This document shows, one piece after another, positions 26,180-40,674 of a stretch of 64,000 bases of DNA. The DNA is from Eledone cirrhosa. Its lineage: Eukaryota. Position numbers and translations under genes: made by a program. Below the pieces are notes generated by a model. The model worked only from the letters and a program-made list of their open reading frames with translations. It was not told where the DNA came from and did not search any database. The stretch spans positions 28,024,001-28,088,000 of the forward strand of contig OZ024757.1 in NCBI GenBank assembly GCA_964016885.1, given 5' to 3'. How positions within the stretch are numbered: the stretch's first letter is position 1; each line of letters starts with the position of its first letter.

Positions 26180-26660
26180 GACCAATGGACATGATGAGGG
26201 AGAATTGGACATGTGTGGGGGAGAACTGGACATGGTATGAGGGAGAACTGGACATGGTGTGAGAGAGAACTGGACTGGTGTGAGGGAGAATAGAACATGG
26301 TGTAAGAACTGGACATGGTGTAAGAACTGTACATGGTGGGTGTGAGGGAGAACTGGACATAGTGTAAGAGAGAATTGGACATGGTGTAAGAACTGGACAT
26401 GGTATGAGGGGGAACTGGACATGGTGTGAGGTAGAACTGGACATGGTGTGAGGGAGAATAGGACATGGTGTGAGAACTGGACATGGTATGAGGGGGAACT
26501 AGACATGGTGTGAGGGAGAACTGGACATGGTGTGAGGGAGAATAGGACATGGTGTGAGAACTGGACATGGTATGAGGGGGAACTGGACATGGTGTGAGGT
26601 AGAACTGGACATGGTGTGATGGAAATAAAACTGGACATGGTGTGATGGAAAACTGGACAT
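26180..26660. repeat. Minisatellite, 18-22-bp unit GAACTGGACATGGTGTGAGGGA
   Basis: About 22 units; explains ORFs 26074-26638. Confidence 0.9.
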
Positions 26661-26877
26661 TAAATCAACAAAATAAAACAGGGCATAGTGTGAGAGAGAA
26701 CTGGAGATGGGTTGGAACTAATGTAACTGGACATGTTGGGAAGTGATGGGTTATAAAGATTGGTCAGTTCAATCATCTTCATACCAAGCTTCTAAAAACG
26801 GCCATTCTGAGACCCCTTACTTTTTATTTTTTCGGAAACAATACTAGATACATATGAATATGGTTCCATATGTGTGT

Positions 26878-26949
<72 letters not shown>

Positions 26950-27635
26950 TCTACATATACACACAATGTATAAACATAATAGTCAATAATTGAGATATAC
27001 TATATATATCATCATCGTCGTTTAACATTCACTTTCCCTGCTAGCAAGGATTGGATGGGTCAACCTAAACCAAGTCAGGACTGAAGTGGGGCTACTGATC
27101 TCCCAGAAAGGCCAGGGATCTGTGTCTTGCTTATGTTGTACGGTCTCTCTCTCTATATATATAAACACACACACCTTATGTATATACACAATAAATAAAA
27201 TGATACTGCATCAACTATATGTATATTTGTGCCTGTGTGTATATATATATATATACGTGTGTGTCTATATATATGAGTGTGCTTATATATATATATATGC
27301 TGTAGTAGACATATACATATTGTCTGTTTATCTGAAGAAAATATATCTTGCATGCATACATGTCTTAAATTCCCATACAATCTGATTTGTGTCTGTGTGT
27401 GTGATAAATGTTTTATATACATACACGTGGTCAGAATTCACAAACGATAGAATGCAGGAACATATGTAAGGGAGACGCGGGCTCCCAGCTCATCAGAGAG
27501 GTCTGTAGCTCTGATTAAGTACCGACTTGATCAGCGATGACAACCTCACCCCTTGTTAGCAGGGAGAATGGATATTAGATAATGATGATGATATATATTT
27601 TGTATATATATATGCATCATCATCATTATTTTTAG

Positions 27636-27818
27636 GATTGGCAGTATCGGTAGAGGGTCGGACGCCATTCTTTGACGTATAGAGTTACGGCCCTTGCCAT
27701 TCTGAGTTCAAATCCTGCCGAGGTCAACTTTGCCTTTTATCCTTACGGGGTCGATAAAATAAAGTACCAGTAATGTACTGGGTAATTGCTGGCCTTGTGC
27801 TAAAAGTAGAAACAATTA
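27636..27818 (+). mobile_element. Young CORE SINE (similar copies at ~31805-31920 partial, 41007-41177, 44405-44580)
   Basis: Near-identical to 10934-11121. Confidence 0.85.
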
Positions 27819-28210
27819 TTTTTACATCCACATTTCCATGCTGGTATGAGGTTGGACAGGATGATTTGAGAAACTATAATAAGGGTGGATGCCCTTCCTG
27901 GAGCTAGCCCTTTTTAGATACTGCTTATGAGACACAGAAATATGGTTAACCTATTCTAAAAAACCGGGATACACACAGCACTATATATACACACATACAC
28001 AATAAATATGTGATCTATAGAGAGGCATGATGTATACATATATACACACAGTAAAACAAATACAAGTAAAAGGGATATAAAAACATACCTTCCCATAGTG
28101 GAACCCATAGTAAAACAATGCCGTAGAAGAATGGTAAGATATAACATCGGAACAAAACTGCCATTGCTTCTTCACTTGTCAAATTTTACTTTGTTGTTGG
28201 TGTGTGGTTG

Positions 28211-28242
<32 letters not shown>

Positions 28243-28790
28243 GGAGTTTTGATGGTGCTGATAGTGGTTGTGTGTTGATGGTGATGCTGGTTGTGTGTTG
28301 TTGGTGAAGGTGGTGGTGTTGATAATGGCTATGTGGTAGTGGTGGTGGTAGTGTGTTGTTGTGGGAGGAGGTGATAGTGGTGATGCTGGTGTTTTGTTGT
28401 TGTTGTTGGTGGTGGTGGTGGTGGTGGTGGTGGTGGTATTGGTGATGTATTTTTGGAGGTGATGACAGTGATGTTGGGAAGACTGCCGTACGTGTGTGTA
28501 TGTGTATATGTTGTAAATGGTGATGGTGGCAACGGGGGTGGGGATGGGGGTGGACGCCGGTTAGCAACGTTATTACAATATGTTGCTGTTAGTGTTGTTG
28601 TTGTTGTTGTTTAGACACTCAGGTCAGTCCTGACATAGCAGACATGTGATCAAGGGCATTCCAGCCATGACCATTCTGCTATAGTGATTTGATGGGAATT
28701 TGCCTGTTATTTTTAGCAAGTTAAGCGACCACGTCGAGGCACCTTTCGTTGGCTCGTGGAATCTTGTTTGGTTGTTGTCGTCGGTGGTGA

Positions 28791-28824
<34 letters not shown>

Positions 28825-28946
28825 TAGTAGTGGTGGTGGTTGTGTAGTATTTTGGGGGTGGTGTCGTTTTCTTTTGTGATAGTGGTGTCGTTGGAGTTAG
28901 ACTTGATGATGAGACCGATGGTGGTGATAGTGGTGTTGGTGTTAGG

Positions 28947-29146
28947 NNNNNNNNNNNNNNNNNNNNNNNNNNNNNNNNNNNNNNNNNNNNNNNNNNNNNN
29001 NNNNNNNNNNNNNNNNNNNNNNNNNNNNNNNNNNNNNNNNNNNNNNNNNNNNNNNNNNNNNNNNNNNNNNNNNNNNNNNNNNNNNNNNNNNNNNNNNNNN
29101 NNNNNNNNNNNNNNNNNNNNNNNNNNNNNNNNNNNNNNNNNNNNNN
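28947..29146. other. Assembly gap (200 N)
   Basis: Run of N. Confidence 1.
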
Positions 29147-29424
29147 GTGCCTAAAGTAGAAACAATTATTAGTATTATTACTATTATACGTCCCTTTACG
29201 ATCTGAGTTCAAATCCTGCCGAGGTTAGCTTTGCCTTCCATCCTTATGTGGGTCGATAAAATGAAGTACCAGTAATGCACTCAGGGTTATTGCTGGCCTT
29301 GTGCCAAAAGTAGAAACAATTATTATTAGTATTATTGGTTATAATAATCTGGTATATCCCACGGCCTGTATTTAATTATATGTATGTGTATAACACACAT
29401 ACACCCACACACCCCCACAGACAC

Positions 29425-29484
<60 letters not shown>

Positions 29485-29521
29485 AGGCATGTATTGAGTT
29501 AGAAACTCAAAATAGTCTCAT

Positions 29522-29580
<59 letters not shown>

Positions 29581-30249
29581 ATGTATGTATTTGTGTGTGT
29601 GTTGCTTGTGTTATTTTTATTGTTTTTTTTTGTTTTGCCATAGCCCCCGCCACCTCTTTCGTTAGTTATTTCGTTAGTTATTAGGTTACCAAAGGAAAGG
29701 AGTGAAAAGAAAAATGTGAGAGAGAGAGAGTTGTTCTTGGCTCTCCGGAAAGAGTTCTTTTCCGACTTGAAAAGAAAGAACAAGTGCAGAGGAGAGGGAG
29801 TTGGAGAGGAAGCAAGGAAAGCAGAGTGGGTGTGGGCAGAGTGAAGAAGAAGAAGAAGAAGAAGAAGAAGAAGAAGAAAGGAGGAGGAGGGGATGATGAA
29901 GAAGAAATCGAAGAACTATCGATATAGCTGGCCAAAACTGACCACAAGGGATTTAAAGTTCAATTTCCTGGAAACTTTAATCAGTGGTAAGGTGGTGGTG
30001 GTGGTACAAAGGTTGTTGATATTGTTTGCAATGGTGGAAATAAAGATGGGGGATGGTAGTGGTAAGAATGTTGATGGTAGATGTTGTTGTGGTGGTGATG
30101 GTGGTAGTAATGGTTGTGGTAGCAGCAGCGGTAGGAGGGGATGATGGTAGTAGTAGTAGTAGTAGTAGTAGTAGCAGTAGTAGTAATTTTCGCGGCACTA
30201 GAACAGGTGGTGATCGTTTAGCCCCAGGTCAGCTTTGATTGGACAGATC

Positions 30250-30397
30250 CAGTGTCGGATTGACCATTGTGCTTAGGTGTACTTAACCACAGGGCCTCGT
30301 TGGCCAAGGGGCATCTTTCTGCCCCCAAATTCTTTTTACGTCCTTCAGGGTCTAACTTAACTAGCACACGGTCTCATTTGTCCTAAATCCGACACTG
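30250..30397. mobile_element. hAT MITE with 8-bp TSD
   Basis: TIR CAGTGTCGGATT / AATCCGACACTG; flanks GACAGATC / GGCAGATC. Confidence 0.8.
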
Positions 30398-30818
30398 GGC
30401 AGATCTGTTATCAAGGACACCTCAGGCCCAACCGTTACATCTTTTCTCCATATGCAGGGAGCCTGTGACCACATTATCGAACGTGTCCTTTTATTATCAT
30501 GCTAGGGTGCGATTTGAGGGGGATTTCGCTCCTGTTATTCTTTTCAGGTCGAGCAACTAGAGGTAGGCGGTCTTTTGATGGTGATTGGTGGCGGAGGTGG
30601 TGAGCGTTTCTACACCTCTACACACATACATATACAGAAGCACACACTTCCATTTGTCAGCAATAGGGAAATGTGTTGGTAAGAGAGAAAGAGGTGATGA
30701 TGGGAGGATTAAGGAGGTGGTAATGGGAAGGGGGAGAAGGAGGAAGAGGGATCAAATTGATAATTTGTACCGGAAGAAAAACTTGTACACCAACTTCTCT
30801 TTTATATTCTTACATTTG

Positions 30819-30819
<1 letters not shown>

Positions 30820-30871
<52 letters not shown>

Positions 30872-31119
30872 CATATGTATATATATGTATATATATATGT
30901 ATATATATATATGTATATATACATATGTATATATATATATGTATATATATATGTATGTATATATATATATATATACATATGTATATATGTATGTATATAT
31001 ATATATGTGTATGTATATATATATGTATATATATATATGTATATATATATATGTATATATATATGTATGTATATATGTATATATATGTATATATATATAT
31101 ATGTATATATATGTATATA

Positions 31120-31184
<65 letters not shown>

Positions 31185-31395
31185 GTATATATATATATAT
31201 GTATGTATATATATATATATATATATGTATGTATATATATATATATATATGTATATATATAAATGTATATATATATGTATATATATAAATGTATATATAT
31301 ATATGTATATATATGTATATATATAAATGTATATATATATATGTATATATATATGTATATATATAAGTATATATATATATATATATATATATACC
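30820..31395. repeat. Long (TA)n/(TATG)n microsatellite (another at 46896-47243)
   Basis: Direct inspection. Confidence 0.97.
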
Positions 31396-31919
31396 CACAA
31401 ACACACTACATATGTCTCTCTCCCTATATATATATGTGTGTGTGTGTTTGTAGTGTCCCAAAGAGAGATATACTTTTAAGGTGAAGGATTCTATGAATTT
31501 TATGGTTCACGACTAACATCTGGATATTTCAGCATTTCCTACGACGAATGAACGAACATATACCAGATTGAAAACAGAAACCATATGACAGAAATCAAAG
31601 AAAATAGAATCTCTAATTATTAGCCATCATTATATTTATGCAAGGTCGATAAAATAAAGTACCAGTAATGCACTGGGTAATTGCTGGCCTTGCGCCAAAT
31701 GTAGAAACAATTATATTTATATAATTACGGGGTCGATAAAATAAAGCACCAGTAATAAACTGGGTAATTGCTGGCCTTGTGCCAAAAGTAGAAACAATTA
31801 TTAGGGCGGTGGATTGGCAGTATCGGTAGAGGGTCGGACGCCATGCTTTGCCGCATAGAGTTACGGCCCTTTATGATCTGAGTTCAAATCCCGCCGAGGT
31901 TAACTTTGCCTTTCATCCT

Positions 31920-31953
<34 letters not shown>

Positions 31954-32813
31954 ACTTTGCATTTATTCTTGTGGAATAATAGTTTATCTATTATCAAGTA
32001 GTTAAGTAAAAGTTAATAGATAAATACATTTGTAAATTTATGCAGTTTAATATAGTAAAATTCTATCCATATATAATTCCTTCTATTCTTCAGAAAGGAT
32101 TTAGTGTTCAATGGAAATAGTGGTTCAGATACTAATACTTTTATGTGCCCTACGATATTTTTGCAATTTACAATAATTCACATAAGTAAGCACTGATGAA
32201 ACTGTGAAATGCATTTCCTAACAATGTTTTCAGCAACTAATCAAATCTCTATATATTGTCAACTAATCATAATTTGAATTCGTTTGCGAATATTTTTGAC
32301 TTACATATTGCCATTTTACTTCTTTACTTCAATCGTTTCAATGATTGGTAACATGAAACTCCTGTTAGGACTAATAGAATATGTACACTCTACTTAATGA
32401 TGCATTGAGTGCCTTTCCCTCGATTTATAATCCCATAGATTCACCATTACACACACACACACACACACACAAATATGTCTGTGTGTGTGTGTGTGAATAT
32501 GTATGTACACGTAAACACTGTGTGTGTATTACGAGTGGTTAACTTTTCTTTAAAGTTAGTTTCTCATGTTTATCCCAAAGCTCATGTTACAGGAACTCTG
32601 TTGATACGAGATGAAATCAGTGAATTATCGAGGGAATTGAGGACCTGATTTCTCTTGTGTTCTGTAAATAATAGCAATAACCAACATAAAACTGCTTAGA
32701 CAATTACATAAACAAATAGGGTACTTGACTTTTTTTGAATTTCAATTCGAATATCTATAAAGTTTACTCACCATCAATGTGTACATGTGTGTATGTATAT
32801 ATATATATATGTG

Positions 32814-33384
32814 CGATGGCGGACTGGGTCTAAAAATATCGGTGCCAGGAGATGAAGTGGGCCCACCTACATATAGAATGCTATCATTTAATTTTGATTT
32901 TGGAAGTAGGTTTATAGTTATTCATTTTCATTATACTTCTGTAACTCTCTCTGTGGCCTAGTTGGAGAAATCATAGACGGTAGTAATCCTGGTCGGGAGT
33001 AGGGTTGCCGGTAAACCTTTTCAGTCTTTTTTTCTATGGGATGTAAAATAAAAACTGAAACTTGGATTGAACCCAAGACCAGGATCTCCACCGTCTCTCG
33101 TACCTACCGCTAGGCTACTGAGACAACTACGAAAATCTTATGAAAATTCATACTTATAAAACTACTTTCAAAATTTTCAAAACAAGATGCTGTGATGTCG
33201 TTGTCCAAATGCTTTGCTTAGTTGTTTTATTTATGTTTTAAAAAATGATATTCTTTCTCTTAGACTTCAGGTATTTTTTTAAAGCAAAGCATTGGTCCCT
33301 AAAATACTACAGTGGGTCCTGAAATGCTACCGTGGGACCCCTGGGGCCCACTTGCCTTTGGGCAACCTGGCCAGTCCACCACTG
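32814..33384. mobile_element. ~570-bp hAT-type non-autonomous element with an internal tRNA-like segment
   Basis: TIR (CGA)TGGCGGACTGG / CCAGTCCACCACTG; minus-strand A-box TAGCCTAGCGG and B-box GGTTCAATCC at 33061-33118. Confidence 0.6.
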
Positions 33385-35189
33385 TATATATATATATATA
33401 TATATATATATGACAACAGAAGGCCGAACTGGAAGATATGCTGTAAAATTTTAATTCCGTGAAATCACTATACGTATTTCTCTTGCCCAGCTCCATCATC
33501 TAATTATGATGCAAGGCAGGACAATCTCATATATATATATATATATCAGTTTATTGGATTGCAGTTAATGCAGATGTAAACCATGTTCAGCACACACATT
33601 CGCACGTGTGTGTGTCTATCTGTCTTGTCTGCACGTGTTGGGGGCTGGATGTCTGAGTAAGTGCAGTGCATTAGCAGTATCTGTAGAGCCTTGTACAAAA
33701 TGCTTTGTAAAATTTAGAAATGACTTTCTACTTTCTGAGTTCAAATCCCGCCAAGATCAACTTTGCATTTCCTCCTTCCAAGGTCGATGAAATAAAGTAT
33801 GAGTTGAGTACTGGGGTTGATTTAATCAACTTTACTCTTCAAAAATATTTGCTGGCCTATGTCATAATCAATTTATTTGACTTTCCCCTTTTCTCAAATT
33901 GCTGGCTTTGTGCCAATATTAGAAAGAATTATTTTACTGGATTCAGTCATGAGAGTGTACTTTGTTGTGACACCACCTTAAAAGTATTTAGTCAATCATA
34001 GTAATCCCAGTATAAAATGCTTTGCGGTATTCGTTTCGACTCTCTGAGTTCAAATTGTTCCAAGGTCAACGTTGCTTTTCTTCCATTTGATGTCGATAAA
34101 AGAAGTACCAGTCTAGTATTAGGGTTGATTCTTCTTCTATATCTTCTTTCTCACTTCAATTCTCCACTCCCTCTTTCCTTCTCTGAAAGAAACCAGTTGT
34201 ATTCAGACCTGGAGAAGATTGGGCTCCGCCAGGTTTAAAATGCCCTAGAAATTCTGATTATCAATACGGTATTCCTACAACTTCCTCAGAGGTTTCGAGA
34301 CCATTCATGCATGCATTCGTCCCAGTACTTATTTTATTGATAACCTTTTATAGAACCGATAAGTTACAGGACACAAACAAACACACTCACATACAGGCAC
34401 ACAGATGCATGCATACACACATATGTATGTCTGTATATAGTAGGAGAATGTGAAATTGACCTGACATATTTATTCATAAGTGCAGTTCATCCTTATCAAC
34501 TGGTATATATACAATTCCAAAGCAACAGTTCACGCTATGCCCAAGGGATATTATTAACAAGTATAGGCTTCCATCTGTCTAAATTGCACAAAGGGAAGAC
34601 AGGAAAAATGCTGTAGTTTTTATTTTTCATATGTATTTAGGACTGATTACTAAAATACTCAATGAACAGTTTGAAATGAAGCCTACATTTTACATCTGAC
34701 CTGGGCCTATTACCAGCTTTGGAGATTTACATAATCAAGAATTTAGAGGGATTGCATAATACAATTAACTTTTTTATTATTAAACTACTGCTTGGTATAT
34801 GGAAGGTTTTTTTTTAGGTAATATATACATTTAAACGATAAACAGTTTCGTATTGTAGATGAGATAGATCCCATTTGGTGGCAAGTGGAAAAAAGGGAGA
34901 CCCAAGAAAACTTGAAGCTCAACTGTCAAAGAAGATCTCCAGAGGATTGGAGTGGACTGGGAAATTATGCAAGATCGTGTAAACTGGAGAAGACTCATTG
35001 CCCAATATACCCCAGGGTATATAAGGACCTAAGAATAAAACTAAGATTGTAAAACCAGGGTCAGTTCCAGGTGGTTTGGTATCAAAAGAGTTAAAACAGA
35101 AAATACTAACCCTAACCCTAACTGATAATACTTCCAAACAAGTTTTATTGTTTCATGTCATATAAAGTCTAAATCTAAAAGTAATAGAA

Positions 35190-35606
35190 CATGCTACAAA
35201 CATAATAGAACAAGGCACACAAATGTTGGGCCAAAGTACAAAGATGATAGGACAATTACAAAGATAATAGGACAAGGTACTAAAAGGATTGTAAAGGGTA
35301 CTAATATAATAGGATAAGTTACTAACATTGTAGTACAAGCTACATCATATTACAGGATATAAAAAGGATAGTACTAGGTACAAAATTAATAGTAAAAGGT
35401 ACAAATATGATAGGACAAAGTACAAAAATGATAGAACAAAGTACAAAAATAATAGGGAAAGGTACAAAAATTACAAGATAAAGTGTAAAGATGATAGAAG
35501 AAACTACAAATATGTTAGGACAAGGTGCAAAAAAATGATAGGACAAGGCACAAAAATGGAAGAACAGAGTACATATATGATAGTACAAGTTACAAGTATA
35601 TTAGTA
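35190..35606. repeat. ~21-bp minisatellite CAAGGTACAAAAATGATAGGA
   Basis: About 19 diverged units. Confidence 0.8.
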
Positions 35607-35626
35607 CAAGGTGTAAAAATAATAAT

Positions 35627-35821
35627 TGTTTCTACTTTTGGCACAAGGCCAGCAATTACCCAGTGTATTACTGGTACTTTATTTTATCAACCCCATAAGG
35701 ATGAAAGGCAAAGTTAACCTCGGCGGGATTTGAACCCAGAATGGCAAGGGCCGTGACTCTATGTGTCAAACATGGCGTCTGACCCTCTACCAACCCTTTA
35801 CCAATACTGCCAATCCACCGC
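35627..35821 (-). mobile_element. Young CORE SINE with 20-bp TSD
   Basis: CAAGGTGTAAAAATAATAAT at 35607-35626 and 35822-35841. Confidence 0.9.
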
Positions 35822-38788
35822 CAAGGTGTAAAAATAATAATACAAGACAGATTTATTGTGCTGGACTATTGGAGTTACTAAACAGTGCTGGATTTACTAG
35901 GTCCATTCTTGTATATAGTTATCATGAGCTAATCGTATGTAGGATCACATGGCCATTGGTAAATATATTAAGTATACAGTTATAAACCACTGGGAATATT
36001 TTTATATCAGATCTGCATAATTTTTTTGTCATTATTGAGAAACCCTAGAAGTCACCATCTTTCTAAACCAGCAGCACATTCCCCAACACACACACACACA
36101 CACAAATTACAAGACCAGACATGTCAGTCAATAACTTTAGCGATTGGGGGGAGGGGTTCATATTTTTTCTTCTTTTCCTCATTTTTTCTCTTTTTTTTCT
36201 TCATTTCTTTTTTTTTTTTTTTGCAAACCTGCTTTTTTTTTCTTTACACTTAAGTTGGTGGTCCTTTTTAAACTCAAGTTCATCCTTTTTTGTTTTAAAT
36301 TTAAGTTGGCCGGGTCCCTTTTTTCCATGTTAGCCAAGTTCGATGACAATAAGGGAGACTGTACATCAGTGGTTCCCAACCCTTTCTCTGACAAGGGCCT
36401 CTTTTTAGAATTCCATGAAACTTTTCTTGGGTGTTGTGTGATATGGTGTCTTTTAATAAAATTCAGTTATACACACCATATAAATGTGTATATATAAGTT
36501 GCAGCAATAGATAAGTCATACATCCCTTTGTGTTTATGATATATTAGTGGACCTGAGCTATTAATAATGATGGCAATAACATTGAATGTGTCCAGGATTG
36601 GTATGCCATATAGAGCAGGATAATTGGGTATATGTTTTAATAAGTTAAAGGCTTGCTTGAATGAAACCCCATCGTTTTTATTGACTACTGACACATGGAA
36701 ATGATTAAAAATAAGTATGATATATTAATAATTTACTTCTAGGATATAGTTACATAAATGTTCAGCATTTATGTACAAACGACATGCAGGATTAAATGTA
36801 TGAGTAACTTTGTAGAAATAACTATTTACATGGATAAATGTAGGGTTAAAATCAAGGAACTTGTAATCGGAAAGTGAACCCCCATATTGTAGAAACACAC
36901 CAGAAATAGGAACTGCATTGTGTTTCTAATAAGAGACCCTCGAAGACATGTCTGAGAACTTTGCCTCTATGGCCCTCTCAAGAATAAGTGACTGATGAAG
37001 AAAATTGCAGAATCTCTATAAGTGTATGCACTATATGTTTGTTTGTTTTTATATGAATATATTCTTCCTTTAAAGCAGTTTTCTTTCTTTTAATACAGTA
37101 AGCATTTTAAAGCCATTTTACCCTGCTAAAACAGGAGTTAGCCTTACGTAGGGGAAGGGGGCGTCATGACAGGTTTCATTCTCATCAATGGAAGGTGGGT
37201 TGGGCTCACCCAAAAATTTAAGGCCATGCCCTACTCCAACGAGGTTTTCTTTTGAAAGAAGTTGGTCAAATATTTATGTGGGGAGAGGAGATGGAGGCTT
37301 TCCGTGTGTCTCTGCCTCCACCAGCATCGACCTATGTACGGATTGAACCACAACCCACTCTATCCCACTCTTTCTTCATACAGACACAGTAGAACTAGGA
37401 GGACTCCATTAAAAACATGTTATATAATATGTATTCATAAATATATCTGTCACATTTTATATTTCACTAAACTTACAATGCGAGAGAAGGTGTGGTATAA
37501 ACATAGAGTTGAAGAGAGAATGGGGGTGGAGGTGGAGAAACCAAGGTATTGAGAGAGGGGGAGAAACGGAGAGTGGGTAGGCAGAGGGGTGGGGTAGATA
37601 GAGAGAGAGGGGGAGACAGACAGAGAAATATTGGAGCAGGAAGAGACAGAGAAGGGAGAGAGAGAGTGGTACAGACTGAGATGGGGACAGACAGAGAGAG
37701 GGGGTGACAGACAGAAAGATAGAAACTTACAGAGAGGGAGAGAGAGAGAGTCAGCTAGACAGAGATGAGGCAAGCAGTAGCAGAGAAAGGGACAGACAGA
37801 GAGATACAGAGAAAGAGAATGGGAGAGGGAGAGGGAAAGAGAAAGGGAGAGAGAGAGAGAGAGAAATCAAATCTCATTTCGACCCAGTCATTCATATCTA
37901 TAAAGTGTATCTGGGGTGGTAAAAGCCAAGTAGTGTGCACGTAAATAAAACACCAATGTGCACCCCCACCCTAGAACCCACTCCCCATCTCTCTGTCTGT
38001 CTCAGCCTTCACATCCCCATCCCTTCTCTATGTTCCATTCATTCATTCACCCTGTGAGTGCAGCAGTAGCAGCTACAGTCAACTTCTTAGTCTGTGTTGA
38101 TATCTTCATACACAATCCCTTTCAAAGGACAGCTCACCAAAACACTTTTGTGCACCATCATCACCATACCACCAGCATAGCAACACTGTACACTTCACCA
38201 AAAACTACCACCATACCATACTGATCACTACATCACACACCACCAGAGACCACCATCATAAACCACCATCACCATACGTCACCATACACCACCACAGCAC
38301 CACACCACGTTACACCACATTACACCACACGCCACTACAGACCACCACCATCACCATATGCCACCACACCACCACTGAACATTACATCACACACCACCAC
38401 AGACCACCATTATAATACGCCACCACACCACCACCAAAAACCACCACCATATACCACCATCATCCACCACTACACCACCACTGTACACTACATCACATAC
38501 CCCCATAGACCACCACCATATACCACCATTACCATATGCCACCTTACCACCAGTGTACACTACATCACACAGCACCATAGACCACCGTCATAATACTCCA
38601 CCCCACTATCACTGTACACTTCACCACTAACATACCTCCCTTCTCTCACTATGCAACCCCACTATACAACACCCTACACCAGAATACAAACATATGGGTT
38701 TGCAAGCCCCACCCACTTCGACTAATACAATTTGTAGTCAATTCTATGATCATTTTGGCTGTTGCCACTATTACCACCACCACTACTA

Positions 38789-38849
<61 letters not shown>

Positions 38850-39893
38850 AGTGTGTATGTGTAGATATGTGTGTATAAATTTATGTATTATGCATGTGTA
38901 TATATATATATTTATAAAAAGGCTTGCTGAACACACGAGCCGAAACTGCTTGGCATCATGGTCTAATTCATATTTCTCTCTATAGTATTGAGTACTCCCA
39001 TGATTTGTGGTATTCCTGGTCTCAGCACCATAGACTCTCTCTCTCCCTCTGACCTCTCTTTGAGTGTGTGTGTATATATATATATATATGTATGTCATGT
39101 CACCAGTTGGTGCTACTGGTAACATGTATCCCAGTACAACCTGTCTCATGGTCGGGTCGTTGGCGACTAAACTGGCAACCCCACCAAGGTTTCTTGGTGA
39201 GGAGGGTGACTTTGGACATCCTGCAGGACTAAAAACAAAACCTGTCAAAGGGCAAGGGAGCTCTTAAGAGTCAATAGCCATCCAAAATCACCAGGAGAGA
39301 TGACCCCTTAGCCGTTGTCAAGGCAGAATTCTAGGAGAAGGAAAACTCTGATATAACACCTGCAACCCTGATGGTATCCAATGATGTTGACTTGTTCTTC
39401 TTTTTGGTAAATATCATCTTGGTTAAGAGAGTGGGACTGGCTTTGTGCAGTGCCTTTGCTCACTATAAAAGCTTCACAGCACAGGCATTGCTTTATATCT
39501 GGAGATCTCTCTGCACTTGTCATCACATGGTACCATGGGCCCTGCACTATGTGTCAATAATGGTCACAAGTGTAGTCTTTGTACCAGAGTTTTCAAGTCG
39601 CTGGCTGGACTAAAAAGTCACATTCGTTCAGCGCATCGGTAGGGGTTCTCCTACATGGATATAAAGTAGTGGCCGTACTCGAAAACGAGTTGGCAGCCAC
39701 CATATATATATTGACAGTTTGACTAAACTCTGTGACTACCAGCAGTGACGGTGTCAATTAGTTTAGTGGATCTTCGTTTTTGTGTATGCAGTATTGCTGG
39801 TTAACTGAATGATTAATTGATGTTTGTGGGTACTTTTCGTAGTTATATTTTGTATTTTCATAGTATGTGTGCTGGTTTGAATTGTCTGCCACT

Positions 39894-40175
39894 CAGAGAC
39901 ATAACTATGGCTAGCAATGAAATTGCGCCCCTACCCAGCTCTGTATTTTTGCCTATGGGCCTAATAATTTATATAAATGGTTTAATGATCCAGCCACCAT
40001 AGTGTTCTCACCTATGATAATCAGAGACAGATCAAACATCTGAAGGAGTTTCTTCTTTCACTCTCCAACAAGGCATATTTGACTTTAATAGAATGTGTTC
40101 CTAGTCCAAGTGACGCTCCCTTCATGTGTTGCCCATGGCACGTGCCATGCTTGCCATAACCTAGTTATGGCTCTG
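39894..40175. mobile_element. hAT-type MITE (inverted relative at 42607-42890)
   Basis: TIR CAGAGACATAACTA / TAGTTATGGCTCTG; flanks CTGCCACT / CTGTCACC; empty site at ~40348. Confidence 0.75.
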
Positions 40176-40471
40176 CTGTCACCACACATAGAAAGTAGTC
40201 AAATGGAAATTAACGTGGTCTTTGGGAGATGTCCAAGGACAGTGGTTGGATGTTAGTTAACAGAGCCCTTCTTCAGTGGTAGCAAAACATTATGTCAGTT
40301 TAGCTGTTGATGGAGATGTTCATAGTGTGTGTGATGGTTTAAATTGTCTGCCACCACACCTAAACAGAGGTTGGATGGAAACTAATGAGGTCTTTGAGGG
40401 ATATCCAAGGACAGTGGTTGGATGTTGGCTAACAGGGCCCTTTTTTCAGTGGCAGCAAAACATTACATCAG

Positions 40472-40674
40472 CAGACCTGTCAATCCCTAAAAATATAAGC
40501 GGGTAGTACAATGAAAAAAAAAATAAAAGTGCCCCAAAATGGAGAGATATGAGGCAAAATGGGGAGATTTTACATAATGAAAGCTATATCCATTTTTACT
40601 AGAGAAGATATCTCTCACCCACCCCAAAGTGGGTGGGAGTTCTCCCCGTCGGATGGGGAGAGTTGACAGGTCTG
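40472..40674. mobile_element. hAT-like MITE, inverted copy of 21590-21763
   Basis: TIR CAGACCTGTCAA / TTGACAGGTCTG; 6-bp flanks CATCAG / CGCCAG. Confidence 0.8.

Noticed and set aside
26074-26638. Regular repeats resembling a CRISPR array or repeat protein
   Set aside because: Contiguous minisatellite units without unique spacers; eukaryotic context, no cas genes
28721-29212. ORFs spanning X residues
   Set aside because: Artefact of the 200-N gap
30585-31484. Long ORFs rich in YI/HT/CV (also 1423-2839, 45027-47339, 53518-55712)
   Set aside because: Translations of (TA)n, (CA)n and (TACA)n microsatellites, which lack stops in some frames
32193-32215. CTGATGA...GAAATGCATT hammerhead-like motif
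   Set aside because: No credible stem II or stem I pairing
36467-36694. Non-repetitive minus-strand ORF (VNKNDGVSFKQAFNLLKHIPNYPALYG...)
   Set aside because: Possible exon, but no recognisable domain and only weak splice support; needs BLAST or RNA-seq
39090-39360. GC-richer segment resembling a LINE 5' UTR, possibly with an HDV-like ribozyme
   Set aside because: I could not assemble the nested double pseudoknot by eye; left unclaimed pending a structure search
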